Source: an uncultured Eubacteriales bacterium
GTDB lineage: Bacteria; Bacillota; Clostridia; Oscillospirales; Acutalibacteraceae
Direction of reading: 5' to 3'
Length of the DNA: 64,000 nt
Assembly: GCA_934463035.1 (NCBI GenBank)
Contig: CAKSIG010000003.1
Span: 96,049-160,048 of the forward strand
Shown here: one piece after another, positions 42,587-51,848 of the stretch
Numbering within the stretch: position 1 is the stretch's first letter
How the letters are laid out: each line of letters opens with the position of its first letter
The notes under the pieces: model-generated
The model's input: only the letters and a program-made list of their open reading frames with translations
What the model was told of the DNA's origin: nothing
Database searches by the model: none
Made by a program: the position numbers and the translations under genes

Positions 42587-42625
42587 AAAAAATTAGAGTT
42601 TAGCGTGCTAAACCCTAATTTTTTA
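42587..42625. terminator. Bidirectional terminator between ttcA-like and the convergent U32 gene
   Basis: TTAGAGTTTAG / CTAAACCCTAA stem with one mismatch, flanked by AAAAAA and TTTTTT. Confidence 0.7.
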
Positions 42626-42670
42626 TACTTCTTGCAAAGCGTACCGACAATCGAACTTCTAAAATCCAAT

Positions 42671-44734
42671 CTATATCGTTCCTCTCCAAAACAGTCCTCT
42701 TGTATATTTAACATCGGGGGAGAGACCGTTTTCGTAAGCTGATAATACTTCGGCGGCGCGCTCCTTTGTCTCGTCTGTGAAATAAAGTACGTTAAAATCA
42801 AGACCTAAAAGTTCGTTTTTTCTGTCTGCCAGCCAAATCGGAACGCTGTTAAACAGTTCGCTGAATCCCATTCGGCACCGTATTTGGAAACTGATACCTT
42901 TGCGATCGGTTATGACGTTGTTTTTGTCGCACTCCTTGCAGCTTTTTCCGTTTTTAACAGGGCAGTTTTTAAATATCATAAGCGGTATTTTCCCGTATGA
43001 AACGATACCTTTTTTAACATTTGAACCGAGCCGTTTCGCATCGCTTAAAAGAATTTCATTTGAAAGCACCGCCGAATCAATGCCCAAGTTGCCGAGAGCA
43101 TTAAGACTTTCGGTGTTGTATATATTAAGTCCGCTGTCGGCAATCGGCTTCATTCCGACCTCTTTTGCAAGTTCAACCGCCGCAATATTTCCGCACATTG
43201 CAGAGGTAAAACCGCATTTTTTAAATTCTTCAAGTCTTTTTATTATAGCTTTTTCATCGGTTATTCCGCGCGGAATTTCCGCTATTTTATACACATTTTC
43301 AGGCAAGGAGTTTATTTCGGTGCAGTCAAGCGGAATAATAATTCCGTCTGTTTTTCCTAAATCATCAGGTATTTGCGATACTGACGAAAATCTCGCATAT
43401 GTTTTCAGAGCTCCTGTGTGAGTGTGCTTTTGTGACGGCAGATTCAATTCGCATTTAACCGATTTTCTATGCAATTCGGCACGCTTTTCGGTCAATCTTT
43501 CACAGGCGGAGCGCCGCAATGCGTTAAGCTCGGACGCGCTTACAAACAAGCCGTCGTCAATATCGGTTTCAATATTTTTAATTATATAAGGCGTTGAACC
43601 GAGCTTTGATAAATTTGCGTTTGCGGTAAGCCTATCAGTCGGCTTATTTTTGGCGATGCTCGGTATGGCTCCCGTTACGGTAACGGTGTTTTCACCGTCG
43701 TCAAACGTCAGCAAAATCGGTTTATCTTTTTTGATTTCAGCCTTTATTTTGAGCGGCACACGCTGAAATTCGTTTCTGTAAAGTCCGTGTATGTAGGGAA
43801 GTGCGTTTTTAACGGAATTTATGTCTTCCGATGTGCGCACGCCGAACATAGCCTTAGACGGTTTGTTTTCAAAATATCCCGCAGTAAATCCCGAACGTGA
43901 AAAAACGTTTTTAAGGTGTTCTTCAAGCTGTGCGTCTATCACGCCGCTGTCTGCCGCGCTTCTGCAAGCCGCAGTTGCCGCCGCAACGTATTCCGGGCGT
44001 TTCATACGCCCCTCAATTTTTAGTGAAGCAACGCCTATTTCGGAAAGCTCGCTGACATAGTGCAAAAGGGAAAGGTCTTTAAGGCTAAGGTCATAGCTCG
44101 TGCCGCCCTCAACCGAAAAGGGCAGGCGGCAGGGTCCTGCGCATAAACCGCGGTTGCCGCTCCGGGAGCCGAGAAACGAAGATAACAGGCACTGCCCTGA
44201 AACGCACATACACAACGCGCCGTGAATAAACACTTCGACTGTCATATCAAGCCGTGCGGCTTCTTCGCAAAGCTCTTTTAAGGCTTCAAAGGACATTTCT
44301 CTTGCCGCTACTACGCGCTTAAATCCGAAATGTTTCAAAAATTTCAGCGCCGACGGCGAATGTACCGACATTTGTGTTGAAGCGTGCAGAGGTATTTGCG
44401 GCGCGTTTTCATAAAGCAGCTTTGCAAGACCTAAGTCCTGAATTATAATTCCGTCAACACCTGCGTTGTATGCTCCGCAAGCGAGCTTAAAAGCGTCTTC
44501 AAGCTCGCTTTCTTTTAACATTATGTTCAACGTAAGATAGGTCTTAACGCCCCGTATACGGCAATACTCCGCCGCTTTTTTTATTTCTTCCGCGTCAAAA
44601 TTTTCGGCATTTCGCCTTGCGGAAAACTGCTTTGCTCCGAAATAAACAGCGTCGGCGCCGCTCCTTACAGCCGCTTCAAGCATTTCAAATGAGCCTGCGG
44701 GGGAGAGAACTTCGGGTTTAATCGGGTTAGGCAT
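42671..44734 (-). CDS. Peptidase U32 family protein (long, fused form)
   Basis: The start is at 44734 (MPNPIKPEVLSPAGSFEMLEAAVRSGADAVYFG), overlapping the zapA stop by 8 nt. The U32 core is present (EVFIHGALCMCVSGQCLLSS). Confidence 0.85.
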   Translation of the reverse strand: MPNPIKPEVLSPAGSFEMLEAAVRSGADAVYFGAKQFSARRNAENFDAEEIKKAAEYCRIRGVKTYLTLNIMLKESELEDAFKLACGAYNAGVDGIIIQDLGLAKLLYENAPQIPLHASTQMSVHSPSALKFLKHFGFKRVVAAREMSFEALKELCEEAARLDMTVEVFIHGALCMCVSGQCLLSSFLGSRSGNRGLCAGPCRLPFSVEGGTSYDLSLKDLSLLHYVSELSEIGVASLKIEGRMKRPEYVAAATAACRSAADSGVIDAQLEEHLKNVFSRSGFTAGYFENKPSKAMFGVRTSEDINSVKNALPYIHGLYRNEFQRVPLKIKAEIKKDKPILLTFDDGENTVTVTGAIPSIAKNKPTDRLTANANLSKLGSTPYIIKNIETDIDDGLFVSASELNALRRSACERLTEKRAELHRKSVKCELNLPSQKHTHTGALKTYARFSSVSQIPDDLGKTDGIIIPLDCTEINSLPENVYKIAEIPRGITDEKAIIKRLEEFKKCGFTSAMCGNIAAVELAKEVGMKPIADSGLNIYNTESLNALGNLGIDSAVLSNEILLSDAKRLGSNVKKGIVSYGKIPLMIFKNCPVKNGKSCKECDKNNVITDRKGISFQIRCRMGFSELFNSVPIWLADRKNELLGLDFNVLYFTDETKERAAEVLSAYENGLSPDVKYTRGLFWRGTI

Positions 44735-45041
44735 TATTACCGTCCTTCTTGTCGGCTTTTGCAATTTGGGAGTTGCTCTTTTGAATAGCAAGCTCGCAGG
44801 TCAGGCGGTTTACCTCACTTTTGAGCCGTTCGTTTTCAAGCTGTGCTTTTTTTGCGTTGTCATAGCCTTCAAGCGCCGCCAAAACCGCTACCATTGTTGT
44901 TGAAAGGAATGGATTTTTCTTAGCAAAATAATCAAGCCTCAATTCCAATTCTCTGCCAAGCTCTCTTAAATATTCCTCGCTGTCGTCGCTTATTATTGAG
45001 TATTTAATTCCGCCTACCGTAAGACGTATTTTATTTGCCAT
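44727..45041 (-). CDS. zapA: Cell division protein ZapA
   Basis: 104 aa. IRLTVGGIKYSIISDDSEEYLRELGRELELRL... followed by a C-terminal coiled coil. Confidence 0.85.
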   Translation of the reverse strand: MANKIRLTVGGIKYSIISDDSEEYLRELGRELELRLDYFAKKNPFLSTTMVAVLAALEGYDNAKKAQLENERLKSEVNRLTCELAIQKSNSQIAKADKKDGNNA

Positions 45042-45130
45042 ATTGTTATTCCTCCGTTCTTTTGTCTGTGTTTATAACTATAATATATACTATTTCTAAG
45101 AAAAGTTAAAGTATTTTTTTCGTTTGAATC

Positions 45131-45159
45131 TTTACACGGGTATGAAAAATTGTTATAAT
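45131..45159 (+). promoter_or_regulatory. Putative sigma-A promoter of the apgM-like gene
   Basis: TTTACA (45131-45136), a 17-nt spacer, then TGtTATAAT (hexamer 45154-45159). Confidence 0.55.
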
Positions 45160-45198
45160 TACTGATAATGGAGATATAAAAGAAAGGATATGTCAAAT

Positions 45199-46413
45199 AT
45201 GAAATATATGGTTCTGCTTTGCGACGGTATGGCGGATACACCCAATCCCGCACTTGACGGCAAAACGCCTATGGAGTGCGCTGTGAAACCTAATATGGAT
45301 ACGCTTGCGAAAAAATCTGAGGTGGGGATATGCCGCACGGTTGCCGACGGTTTGAAACCGGGCAGCGACGTTGCCAACCTCTCTGTAATGGGCTACGACC
45401 CCAAGGTATGCTATACGGGACGTTCGCCGCTTGAAGCCGCTTCTATTGGTATTGACCTTAAAGATACCGACGTTACTTTGCGTTGCAACATTGTCACTCT
45501 GTCGGATGAGGAAAAATATGAAGATAAGACAATGGTGGATTACTGCGCGGGGGATATTTCAACCGATGAGGCGCGCGAAATAATCAAGACTGTTGAAGAA
45601 AAGCTCGGAAACGATATTTACAGGTTTTACAGCGGCGTCAGCTACCGCCACTGTCTTGTCGTAGACGGCGGCACAACCGATCTCGGAAATATGACTCCGC
45701 CGCACGACATTAGCGGCAGGGTGATAGGCGAATATCTCAGCCAGTCGGAAAATGCCCGTCCGCTTATAGAACTTATGAAAAAGAGCTATGACATTTTAAA
45801 GGATCACCCTGTTAATAAGGCGCGCGCGGCTCGCGGACTTCACCCTGCAAACTCAATTTGGCTGTGGGGAGAGGGAACAAAACCGCAGATTGAAAACTTT
45901 AAGCAGAAAAACGGCGTAAGCGGTTGCGTTGTCAGCGCGGTCGATTTGCTCAAAGGCATTGGTATATGTGCGGGTATGGAAACGCCTGAGGTTGAGGGCG
46001 CGACAGGCTACATAGACACGAATTTTGAAGGCAAAGCAAAAGCAGGTATAGACGCATTTAAAAACGGCACACAGCTTGTTTACCTGCATTTTGAGGCTCC
46101 CGATGAGTGCGGACACAGAGGAGAGGCTCAAAACAAAGTTAAGGCGATTGAGTATATTGACTCACGAGCCTTGAAACCTATGCTTGATTATTTGCAGGGC
46201 TGCGGAGATGATTACCGCATTTTGATAATGCCCGATCACCCGACGCCGCTTGATATAAAAACCCATTCGTCACAGCCTGTGCCGTATATGATATATGACA
46301 GCAGGGTAAGCAAGAACGGAGTTGATTGTTTTACAGAAAAGAATGCGCTTGAAACGGGTGTGTTTGTAGAACACGGTCCGTCTATAATGGATAAATTGTT
46401 AGAAAAGATATAA
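45199..46413 (+). CDS. Cofactor-independent phosphoglycerate mutase family protein, archaeal ApgM type (function ambiguous: PGM or homoserine kinase)
   Basis: ATG 45199 gives MKYMVLLCDGMAD, the typical family N-terminus, and has better RBS spacing than the track start at 45190. Metalloenzyme motifs are HFEAPDECGHRG and MPDHPTP. Confidence 0.75.
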   Translation: MKYMVLLCDGMADTPNPALDGKTPMECAVKPNMDTLAKKSEVGICRTVADGLKPGSDVANLSVMGYDPKVCYTGRSPLEAASIGIDLKDTDVTLRCNIVTLSDEEKYEDKTMVDYCAGDISTDEAREIIKTVEEKLGNDIYRFYSGVSYRHCLVVDGGTTDLGNMTPPHDISGRVIGEYLSQSENARPLIELMKKSYDILKDHPVNKARAARGLHPANSIWLWGEGTKPQIENFKQKNGVSGCVVSAVDLLKGIGICAGMETPEVEGATGYIDTNFEGKAKAGIDAFKNGTQLVYLHFEAPDECGHRGEAQNKVKAIEYIDSRALKPMLDYLQGCGDDYRILIMPDHPTPLDIKTHSSQPVPYMIYDSRVSKNGVDCFTEKNALETGVFVEHGPSIMDKLLEKI

Positions 46414-46417
46414 AATT

Positions 46418-46460
46418 ACCGCCGAGTATCGGTTTTACGCTGATACTCGGCGGTGTTTTT
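46418..46460. terminator. Bidirectional terminator between apgM-like and the convergent EamA gene
   Basis: ACCGCCGAGTATC / GATACTCGGCGGT 13-bp stem followed by GTTTTT. Confidence 0.8.
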
Positions 46461-47337
46461 AAACGTTTAATATCATAAGTCCTATAAAGGCGGTAATAAC
46501 GCCTATTATTGACTGCCTGTTCGGCTTTTCCTTAAATAAAAATGCTGCCATTAACGAAGAATTTATAAGCGAAAGACCCTGTGACAGGGGATAAAGTATT
46601 GCGGAGTTTAAAGTTTTTGCGGCTATCGTTTTAAAGTATGAACACCCGAATAAACATACAGCCATTATTAAAACGTATATAAACACGGTCTTTTTCATCG
46701 GCTCCGCCGACGGGGCTTTCTTTTTTATTATGTAGGTAATAAGCAGAACCGCAAAGGCGAACAAATATGTGTAAAAATTGAATTTAACAGCGGACATATT
46801 TTCTGTTGTTTTCACATACAGCTTTTGCGACAGATCGGAACAGCCGTTGAACACACCGCAAAGCAGAAGAATTATTATTCCGCTTTTCTTCATTTTGCCT
46901 TTGAGTTTGTTGTTGTATCCGCACATCAGAAAGACCGATACAAGAAGAACGACAATGCCTATTATTTGAGTAAACCTTATGCTTTCGTCAAACATAACCG
47001 CGCTTACGGTAATTGGGATCACGGTTCCCAAAAGTAAAAATATGTCAAGCATAAGATAGGCGTCTTCTTTAACGCAAAGCAGCCAAAAGACTACAAACAG
47101 CGCCGAAGATACGCCCGACATAAGAAATATCAACAGTTCTTTTGATGTTGCCGCAAGCGAGCTGTGCGAAAACAGGATTATGCAAAGTCCTATAAGCGAA
47201 CATATAACCATTCTGAAAACATTGATAAAAATCGCGTCGCTGTCATTTTTCAAATAACCGCTGCTTTTTTTGCCGCAATAACCCTTTGCATTTCCGAGTA
47301 TTACGGAAATGACCGCAAATAAATATCCCATAGTCAT
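46459..47337 (-). CDS. EamA/DMT-superfamily membrane transporter
   Basis: 292 aa with about 10 TM helices in two 5-TM halves. Divergent from an AraC regulator. Confidence 0.6.
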   Translation of the reverse strand: MTMGYLFAVISVILGNAKGYCGKKSSGYLKNDSDAIFINVFRMVICSLIGLCIILFSHSSLAATSKELLIFLMSGVSSALFVVFWLLCVKEDAYLMLDIFLLLGTVIPITVSAVMFDESIRFTQIIGIVVLLVSVFLMCGYNNKLKGKMKKSGIIILLLCGVFNGCSDLSQKLYVKTTENMSAVKFNFYTYLFAFAVLLITYIIKKKAPSAEPMKKTVFIYVLIMAVCLFGCSYFKTIAAKTLNSAILYPLSQGLSLINSSLMAAFLFKEKPNRQSIIGVITAFIGLMILNV

Positions 47338-47488
47338 ACCTGCTTTTTTAAAATATATCTCATAAAATTATAACTGTTTTTCTAAGATTTTTGAATGGCA
47401 ATATAACTACAATATTTGTAAAAAACGATACTGAGTGTTGCAAAAACAGCGCTAATAGGGTAAAATATTTGTAATAAACAATACCGAG

Positions 47489-48304
47489 GTGATGATTGTG
47501 AACAGAATAGTGCCTTTTGATGAAATGCGTTGTTCGGATTTTTCCTTAAAGAATCCGTTGGCGCTTAAACAGGATTATTGGGATAAATACAAAGTATATT
47601 CCTGCTTAAATCAGCCTAAACCTGATAATACATTTTTGTTAATAAATGATTGTAAAGCTGATGTTTTAAGCAATAACGGCAGTCTGACCGTCCAAAAAGG
47701 CGACCTGCTTTATATGCCGAAGGGCGCAGAATACCGAATAGATTTTAATGAGGCAAAGAACGGCGACATTCACAGTATCGTTCTGCATTTCGACCTGTTT
47801 GATGAGAACGGGGAAGAATTTGTATTTTCAGCCAATAATGTCACTAAATTCCGCGCAAACATTGATGTTGTTAATTTTGCTTTTGACGCGGCGGAGGAGT
47901 TTAATAAAAAAGACTATTCTCCGTCAAGGCTTTACCGCGATATTTACGGAATAATTTATGAGATATTTCAAGCCGACTCTAAAAGGGAAGTCAATAAATA
48001 CCTGATGACAATAGAAAGAGGAGCAGAATTATTAAGCGATCCCCAATGCGATTTGAGCATATCTGAAATAGCAAAAATTTGTATGGTCAGCGAATGTTAT
48101 TTCAGGCGTTTGTTTTATAAATGCTACGGTAAATCACCTGCAAGGTTTCGCAACGAGTGCAGGGTTGAACAGGCAAAAAAACTGCTTATGTCAGATGTGC
48201 TTACCGTGACCGAAGTGAGTCAAATGTCAGGATTTTCCGACGTATATTATTTCAGCAAGGTGTTTAAAAGCATAACGGGCGTGTCCCCTAAAAATTATAT
48301 GTAA
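47489..48304 (+). CDS. AraC-family transcriptional regulator
   Basis: About 270 aa. C-terminal HTH ISEIAKICMVSECYFRRLFYKCYGKSPARF...SGFSDVYYFSKVFKSITGVSP. The exact start is uncertain (GTG 47489, ATG 47492 or GTG 47498). Confidence 0.85.
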   Translation: MMIVNRIVPFDEMRCSDFSLKNPLALKQDYWDKYKVYSCLNQPKPDNTFLLINDCKADVLSNNGSLTVQKGDLLYMPKGAEYRIDFNEAKNGDIHSIVLHFDLFDENGEEFVFSANNVTKFRANIDVVNFAFDAAEEFNKKDYSPSRLYRDIYGIIYEIFQADSKREVNKYLMTIERGAELLSDPQCDLSISEIAKICMVSECYFRRLFYKCYGKSPARFRNECRVEQAKKLLMSDVLTVTEVSQMSGFSDVYYFSKVFKSITGVSPKNYM

Positions 48305-48338
48305 AAAACGGTTCCTTTAAGTAAGGAACCGTTTTTTT
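48304..48338. terminator. Bidirectional terminator between the AraC gene and convergent rny
   Basis: AAAACGGTTCCTT / AAGGAACCGTTTT stem with A- and T-runs on either side. Confidence 0.85.
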
Positions 48339-48349
48339 GCGCTGTGTTA

Positions 48350-49903
48350 TTATTTTGCGTAGTCAACCGCTCTGCTTTCGCGGATAACGTTGACCTTTAT
48401 CTGACCCGGATATTCAAGTTCGTTTTCAATACGCTGTGAAATTTCGTGAGCCATAATAACCATTTGGTCGTCGGTAACCGCTTCGGGTTTAACTATGATA
48501 CGTACCTCGCGTCCTGCCTGTATGGCAAAAGAGCCATCGACACCGTTGAAGGAATTGGCGATTTCCTCAAGTTTTTCAAGACGTTTGATGTAGTTTTCAA
48601 TGTTTTCGCGGCGTGCGCCCGGACGTGCGGCAGATATAGCGTCTGCTGCCTGTACTATGCAGGCAATGGTTGTTTTAGCCTCAACCTCGCCGTGGTGAGC
48701 GTGAATAGCGTGAATAACCGCTTCGCTTTCTCGGTACTTCTTGGCAACCTCAACGCCGAGCTGGATGTGCGAACCCTCCTGCTCGTGGTCAAGAGCCTTG
48801 CCTATATCGTGAAGAAGACCCGCGCGTTTTGCAAGGGTAACGTCTTCACCCATTTCGGCGGCTATCAAGCCTGAAAGGTGGCAAACTTCAAGCGAGTGAT
48901 TAAGTACGTTCTGACCGTAGCTTGTACGGTAGCGGAGCTTTCCAAGCAATTTTACAAGCTCGGGATGCAGGTTATGTATGCCTGCGTCGATCATCGCGCG
49001 TTCGCCTTCCTGCTTAATGGTAGCGTTGACTTCCGCCGTAGCCTTGGCAACGGTTTCCTCAATTCTTGCAGGATGAATACGTCCGTCAAGAATGAGCTTT
49101 TCAAGAGCAACTCGCGCTATTTCGCGCCTTACGGGATCAAAGCTCGAAAGGGTAATGGCTTCGGGTGTGTCGTCAATTATAAGGTCAACGCCCGTGGCGG
49201 TTTCAAGTGCGCGGATATTGCGTCCCTCGCGGCCTATTATGCGGCCTTTCATTTCATCGTTCGGCAGAGCAACTACCGAAACGGTGGTCTCGGACGAATG
49301 GTCGGCGGCACAGCGCTGAATAGCGTGTCCCACAATGTTCTTCGCAATCTTGTCAGCCTCGTCCTTGGTGCGCTGTTCAAATTCCATTATCTTTACCGCT
49401 TTTTCGTGAGTCAACTCACCGTCAAGCATATCAAGCAGGTGTGATTTTGCCTGCTCCTTGGTAAAGCCTGAAATTTTTTCAAGCAAATCCATCTGGCTCT
49501 GCTTGATTCTGTCACATTCTTCAAGTCGGTTGTCAATGTCCTTTGATTTCGCCGCCAGCTTTTCTTCTTTTGCTTCAAGGTTGTCGAGCTTGCGTTCAAG
49601 GGATTCTTCCTTTTGCATCAGTCTGTGTTCCTGACGCTGAACTTCACTTCTGCGCTCGCGCAGATCCTTTTCGGTGTCCTGACGCAGTTGGTGAATTTCA
49701 TCTTTTGCCTCTATTAAGGCTTCTTTTTTCTTTGTTTCGGCGTTTTTCATAGCGTCGCTTAAAATGCGCCTTGCTTCATCTTCGGCAGAGCCTATTGTGG
49801 ATTCGGCTGATTTTTTACGGTGAGCCGAACCGAGGCAAAAACCGACAACCGCAAGCACAACGGCGACAACGCCTAATATGATGTAAATTGCTGTATCGGG
49901 CAT
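48350..49903 (-). CDS. rny: Ribonuclease Y
   Basis: The start is at 49903 ([22 protein letters not shown], the N-terminal TM) after a GGAGGTGC RBS. The track start at 50026 is an extension. Coiled coil, KH domain ([15 protein letters not shown]) and HD domain (HSLEV...LLHDIGK). Confidence 0.95.
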   Translation of the reverse strand: MPDTAIYIILGVVAVVLAVVGFCLGSAHRKKSAESTIGSAEDEARRILSDAMKNAETKKKEALIEAKDEIHQLRQDTEKDLRERRSEVQRQEHRLMQKEESLERKLDNLEAKEEKLAAKSKDIDNRLEECDRIKQSQMDLLEKISGFTKEQAKSHLLDMLDGELTHEKAVKIMEFEQRTKDEADKIAKNIVGHAIQRCAADHSSETTVSVVALPNDEMKGRIIGREGRNIRALETATGVDLIIDDTPEAITLSSFDPVRREIARVALEKLILDGRIHPARIEETVAKATAEVNATIKQEGERAMIDAGIHNLHPELVKLLGKLRYRTSYGQNVLNHSLEVCHLSGLIAAEMGEDVTLAKRAGLLHDIGKALDHEQEGSHIQLGVEVAKKYRESEAVIHAIHAHHGEVEAKTTIACIVQAADAISAARPGARRENIENYIKRLEKLEEIANSFNGVDGSFAIQAGREVRIIVKPEAVTDDQMVIMAHEISQRIENELEYPGQIKVNVIRESRAVDYAK

Positions 49904-50226
49904 ATTACAGTATGCACCTCCTGTATATAATAAACACGGTAATTTAAGACTTATAAGAGTCAAAACGGGGACCGTGTAATTTTCCCCGTGATAGTAGGCA
50001 AGCAAGTATTTAAAGGTATTCGCCATATACGCAATAAAATAGCAAAGCCAACGTCGGAATATACCGACGCAATTATCGTAATAATTTTACCACTTAAACG
50101 GTGTTATGTCAATAAGTTCAAAATCATAAATTATGAGCAATTTTTATAAAAAACAAGGCAATTTTCTTGTTGCGTAGCGATTTTCAGTATGCTATCATTT
50201 AGAAAAAGTTTTTTTGGAGGCAGTTT

Positions 50227-51573
50227 ATGGGATTTAAAAGCGATATGCTGTGGGGAGCGGCGACGGCAGCGTTTCAGGTTGAGGGCGCGTATGACGAGGA
50301 GGGCAGAGGTCTGTCGGTATGGGACGTATTTTGCGAACGGCCTGATAAAATCCGTAACGGAGATAACGGGAAAGTAGCCTGCGACCATTTCCACCGTTAT
50401 AAAGAAGATGTTAAACTGCTTAAAGAACTCGGAGTTAATGTATATAGGTTTTCAATTTCTTGGACGAGAATTTTGCCTGACGGGATAGGACAAATTAACG
50501 AAAAGGGAATAGAATTCTATAATAATCTTATAAATGAACTGTTAAGCGCAGGAATAACCCCGTTTATAACGCTGTTCCATTGGGATTATCCGTATGCGCT
50601 TTATAAAAAAGGCGGTTGGCTTAATCCCGAAAGCCCCAAGTGGTTTGGTGAATTTGCGCGTGTTGTTGCCGAAAATTTCGGCGACCGCGTGAAAATGTTT
50701 GCCACATTTAATGAGCCGCAAATGTTTATGTGGGGACATTCGGGCGGAAATTCGGCACCCGGTATAGACCTTTCGCCGCGCGAGCTTACAGAAGCGGGAT
50801 TTAACGTTCTTTTAGCGCACGGAGAGGCGGTCAGGGTCTTACGAAAATGCGTACCCGACTGCAAGGTCGGCTGCGTTATATGCACGGGTCAGCCCATTCC
50901 GCAAAACGCCGCCGCTTGTAAGCTGGTTACGGAAAAGGAAATGATTGCTTTCCCCGAAACAGGCTGGGTCTGGAACACACAGTTTTGGGCTGACGCCATT
51001 TATAGGGGTGATATTTCGGAGATTGAGGATTTTCAGTCTATGCTGAAATACTTGCCTGACAATTATAAGACTCTGCTTAAAGAAAAGGTCTGTATGCCGC
51101 TTGATTATTGCGGAATAAATGTCTATCAAGGCACATATTTTAAGGCGGACGAAAACGGAAATATTTTATACAGTCAAATTGATTCCAACACACCCAAAAG
51201 TGCGCTTGCTTGGAATATAACGCCCGATGTTCTGTATTGGTGTCCCAAAATGATGTATAAAAGATACGGCTTGCCGATAATAGTTGCAGAAAACGGTATG
51301 GCTTGCAACGACCTAATAAGCTCCGACGGTGCGGTTCACGACCCTGCCAGAATAGATTTTATGGAAAAGTATATAAAAGAACTTGAAAAAAGCACGGAGG
51401 ACGGCACCGAGGTTGCAGGCTATATTGCTTGGTCATTTATGGATAATTTTGAGTGGACCGAGGGCTATTGGCCGAGATTCGGTTTGGTTTTTGTAGACTA
51501 CGCAACTCAAAAGCGCGTGCCGAAAGATTCGTTCTACTATTACAAAAATTTTATAGAGTCATATAATGATTAA
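50227..51573 (+). CDS. Glycoside hydrolase family 1 beta-glucosidase / 6-phospho-beta-glucosidase
   Basis: 448 aa. FQVEGA, the acid/base motif TFNEP, and the nucleophile motif VAENGMA. Confidence 0.9.
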   Translation: MGFKSDMLWGAATAAFQVEGAYDEEGRGLSVWDVFCERPDKIRNGDNGKVACDHFHRYKEDVKLLKELGVNVYRFSISWTRILPDGIGQINEKGIEFYNNLINELLSAGITPFITLFHWDYPYALYKKGGWLNPESPKWFGEFARVVAENFGDRVKMFATFNEPQMFMWGHSGGNSAPGIDLSPRELTEAGFNVLLAHGEAVRVLRKCVPDCKVGCVICTGQPIPQNAAACKLVTEKEMIAFPETGWVWNTQFWADAIYRGDISEIEDFQSMLKYLPDNYKTLLKEKVCMPLDYCGINVYQGTYFKADENGNILYSQIDSNTPKSALAWNITPDVLYWCPKMMYKRYGLPIIVAENGMACNDLISSDGAVHDPARIDFMEKYIKELEKSTEDGTEVAGYIAWSFMDNFEWTEGYWPRFGLVFVDYATQKRVPKDSFYYYKNFIESYND

Positions 51574-51587
51574 CATTCAAAAAACGC

Positions 51588-51713
51588 CTAGTGCTTGTTG
51601 ATGTATTCGGCTATTTCAAGCCCCGTAAAACCGCTCATCTGAATATCGGTAATTACAATGTCATCGTGGGTCTGCTTTATATAATTCATCAGGTCGGAGT
51701 CGTTGTAAAACAT
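51588..51713 (-). pseudogene. Isolated fragment of a response-regulator receiver domain (41 codons)
   Basis: Below the ORF-track size cutoff. The reverse strand reads MFYNDSDLMNYIKQTHDDIVITDIQMSGFTGLEIAEYINKH*. This parallels ELKPDLVLTDIRMPLMTGLELAAKIRE of the YesN-like regulator in this window. The N-terminal acidic pocket and everything after helix 3 are missing, and there is no convincing RBS. Confidence 0.5.
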
Positions 51714-51848
51714 GCCTGAATTTCGTCACTTTTTAAAAGTTTGTTGGTTTATATGGTGTTTCGTTGTTTTTTATAACTTTAAAATAGGGACAAAAAAGGT
51801 TAAATTTTTATTAACAAAATATAAAACTTGCAAGGAGTAGGATTATAT

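Noticed and set aside
42577-42801. 74-aa minus-strand ORF overlapping the U32 3' end and the terminator
   Set aside because: It is out of frame with the U32 gene, spans the terminator hairpin and has no RBS.
49965-49989. GC-rich hairpin ACGGGGA-n11-TCCCCGT in the rny leader, considered as a terminator or attenuator
   Set aside because: On the minus strand it is followed by only three T residues, and no upstream minus-strand gene needs terminating. It may be a 5' stabiliser, but the sequence alone gives no basis for a regulatory claim.
49904-50026. N-terminal 41-codon extension of the rny ORF in the track
   Set aside because: The internal ATG at 49903 is preceded by GGAGGTGC and gives the canonical RNase Y N-terminal transmembrane helix. 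The extension has no RBS and no similarity to RNase Y.
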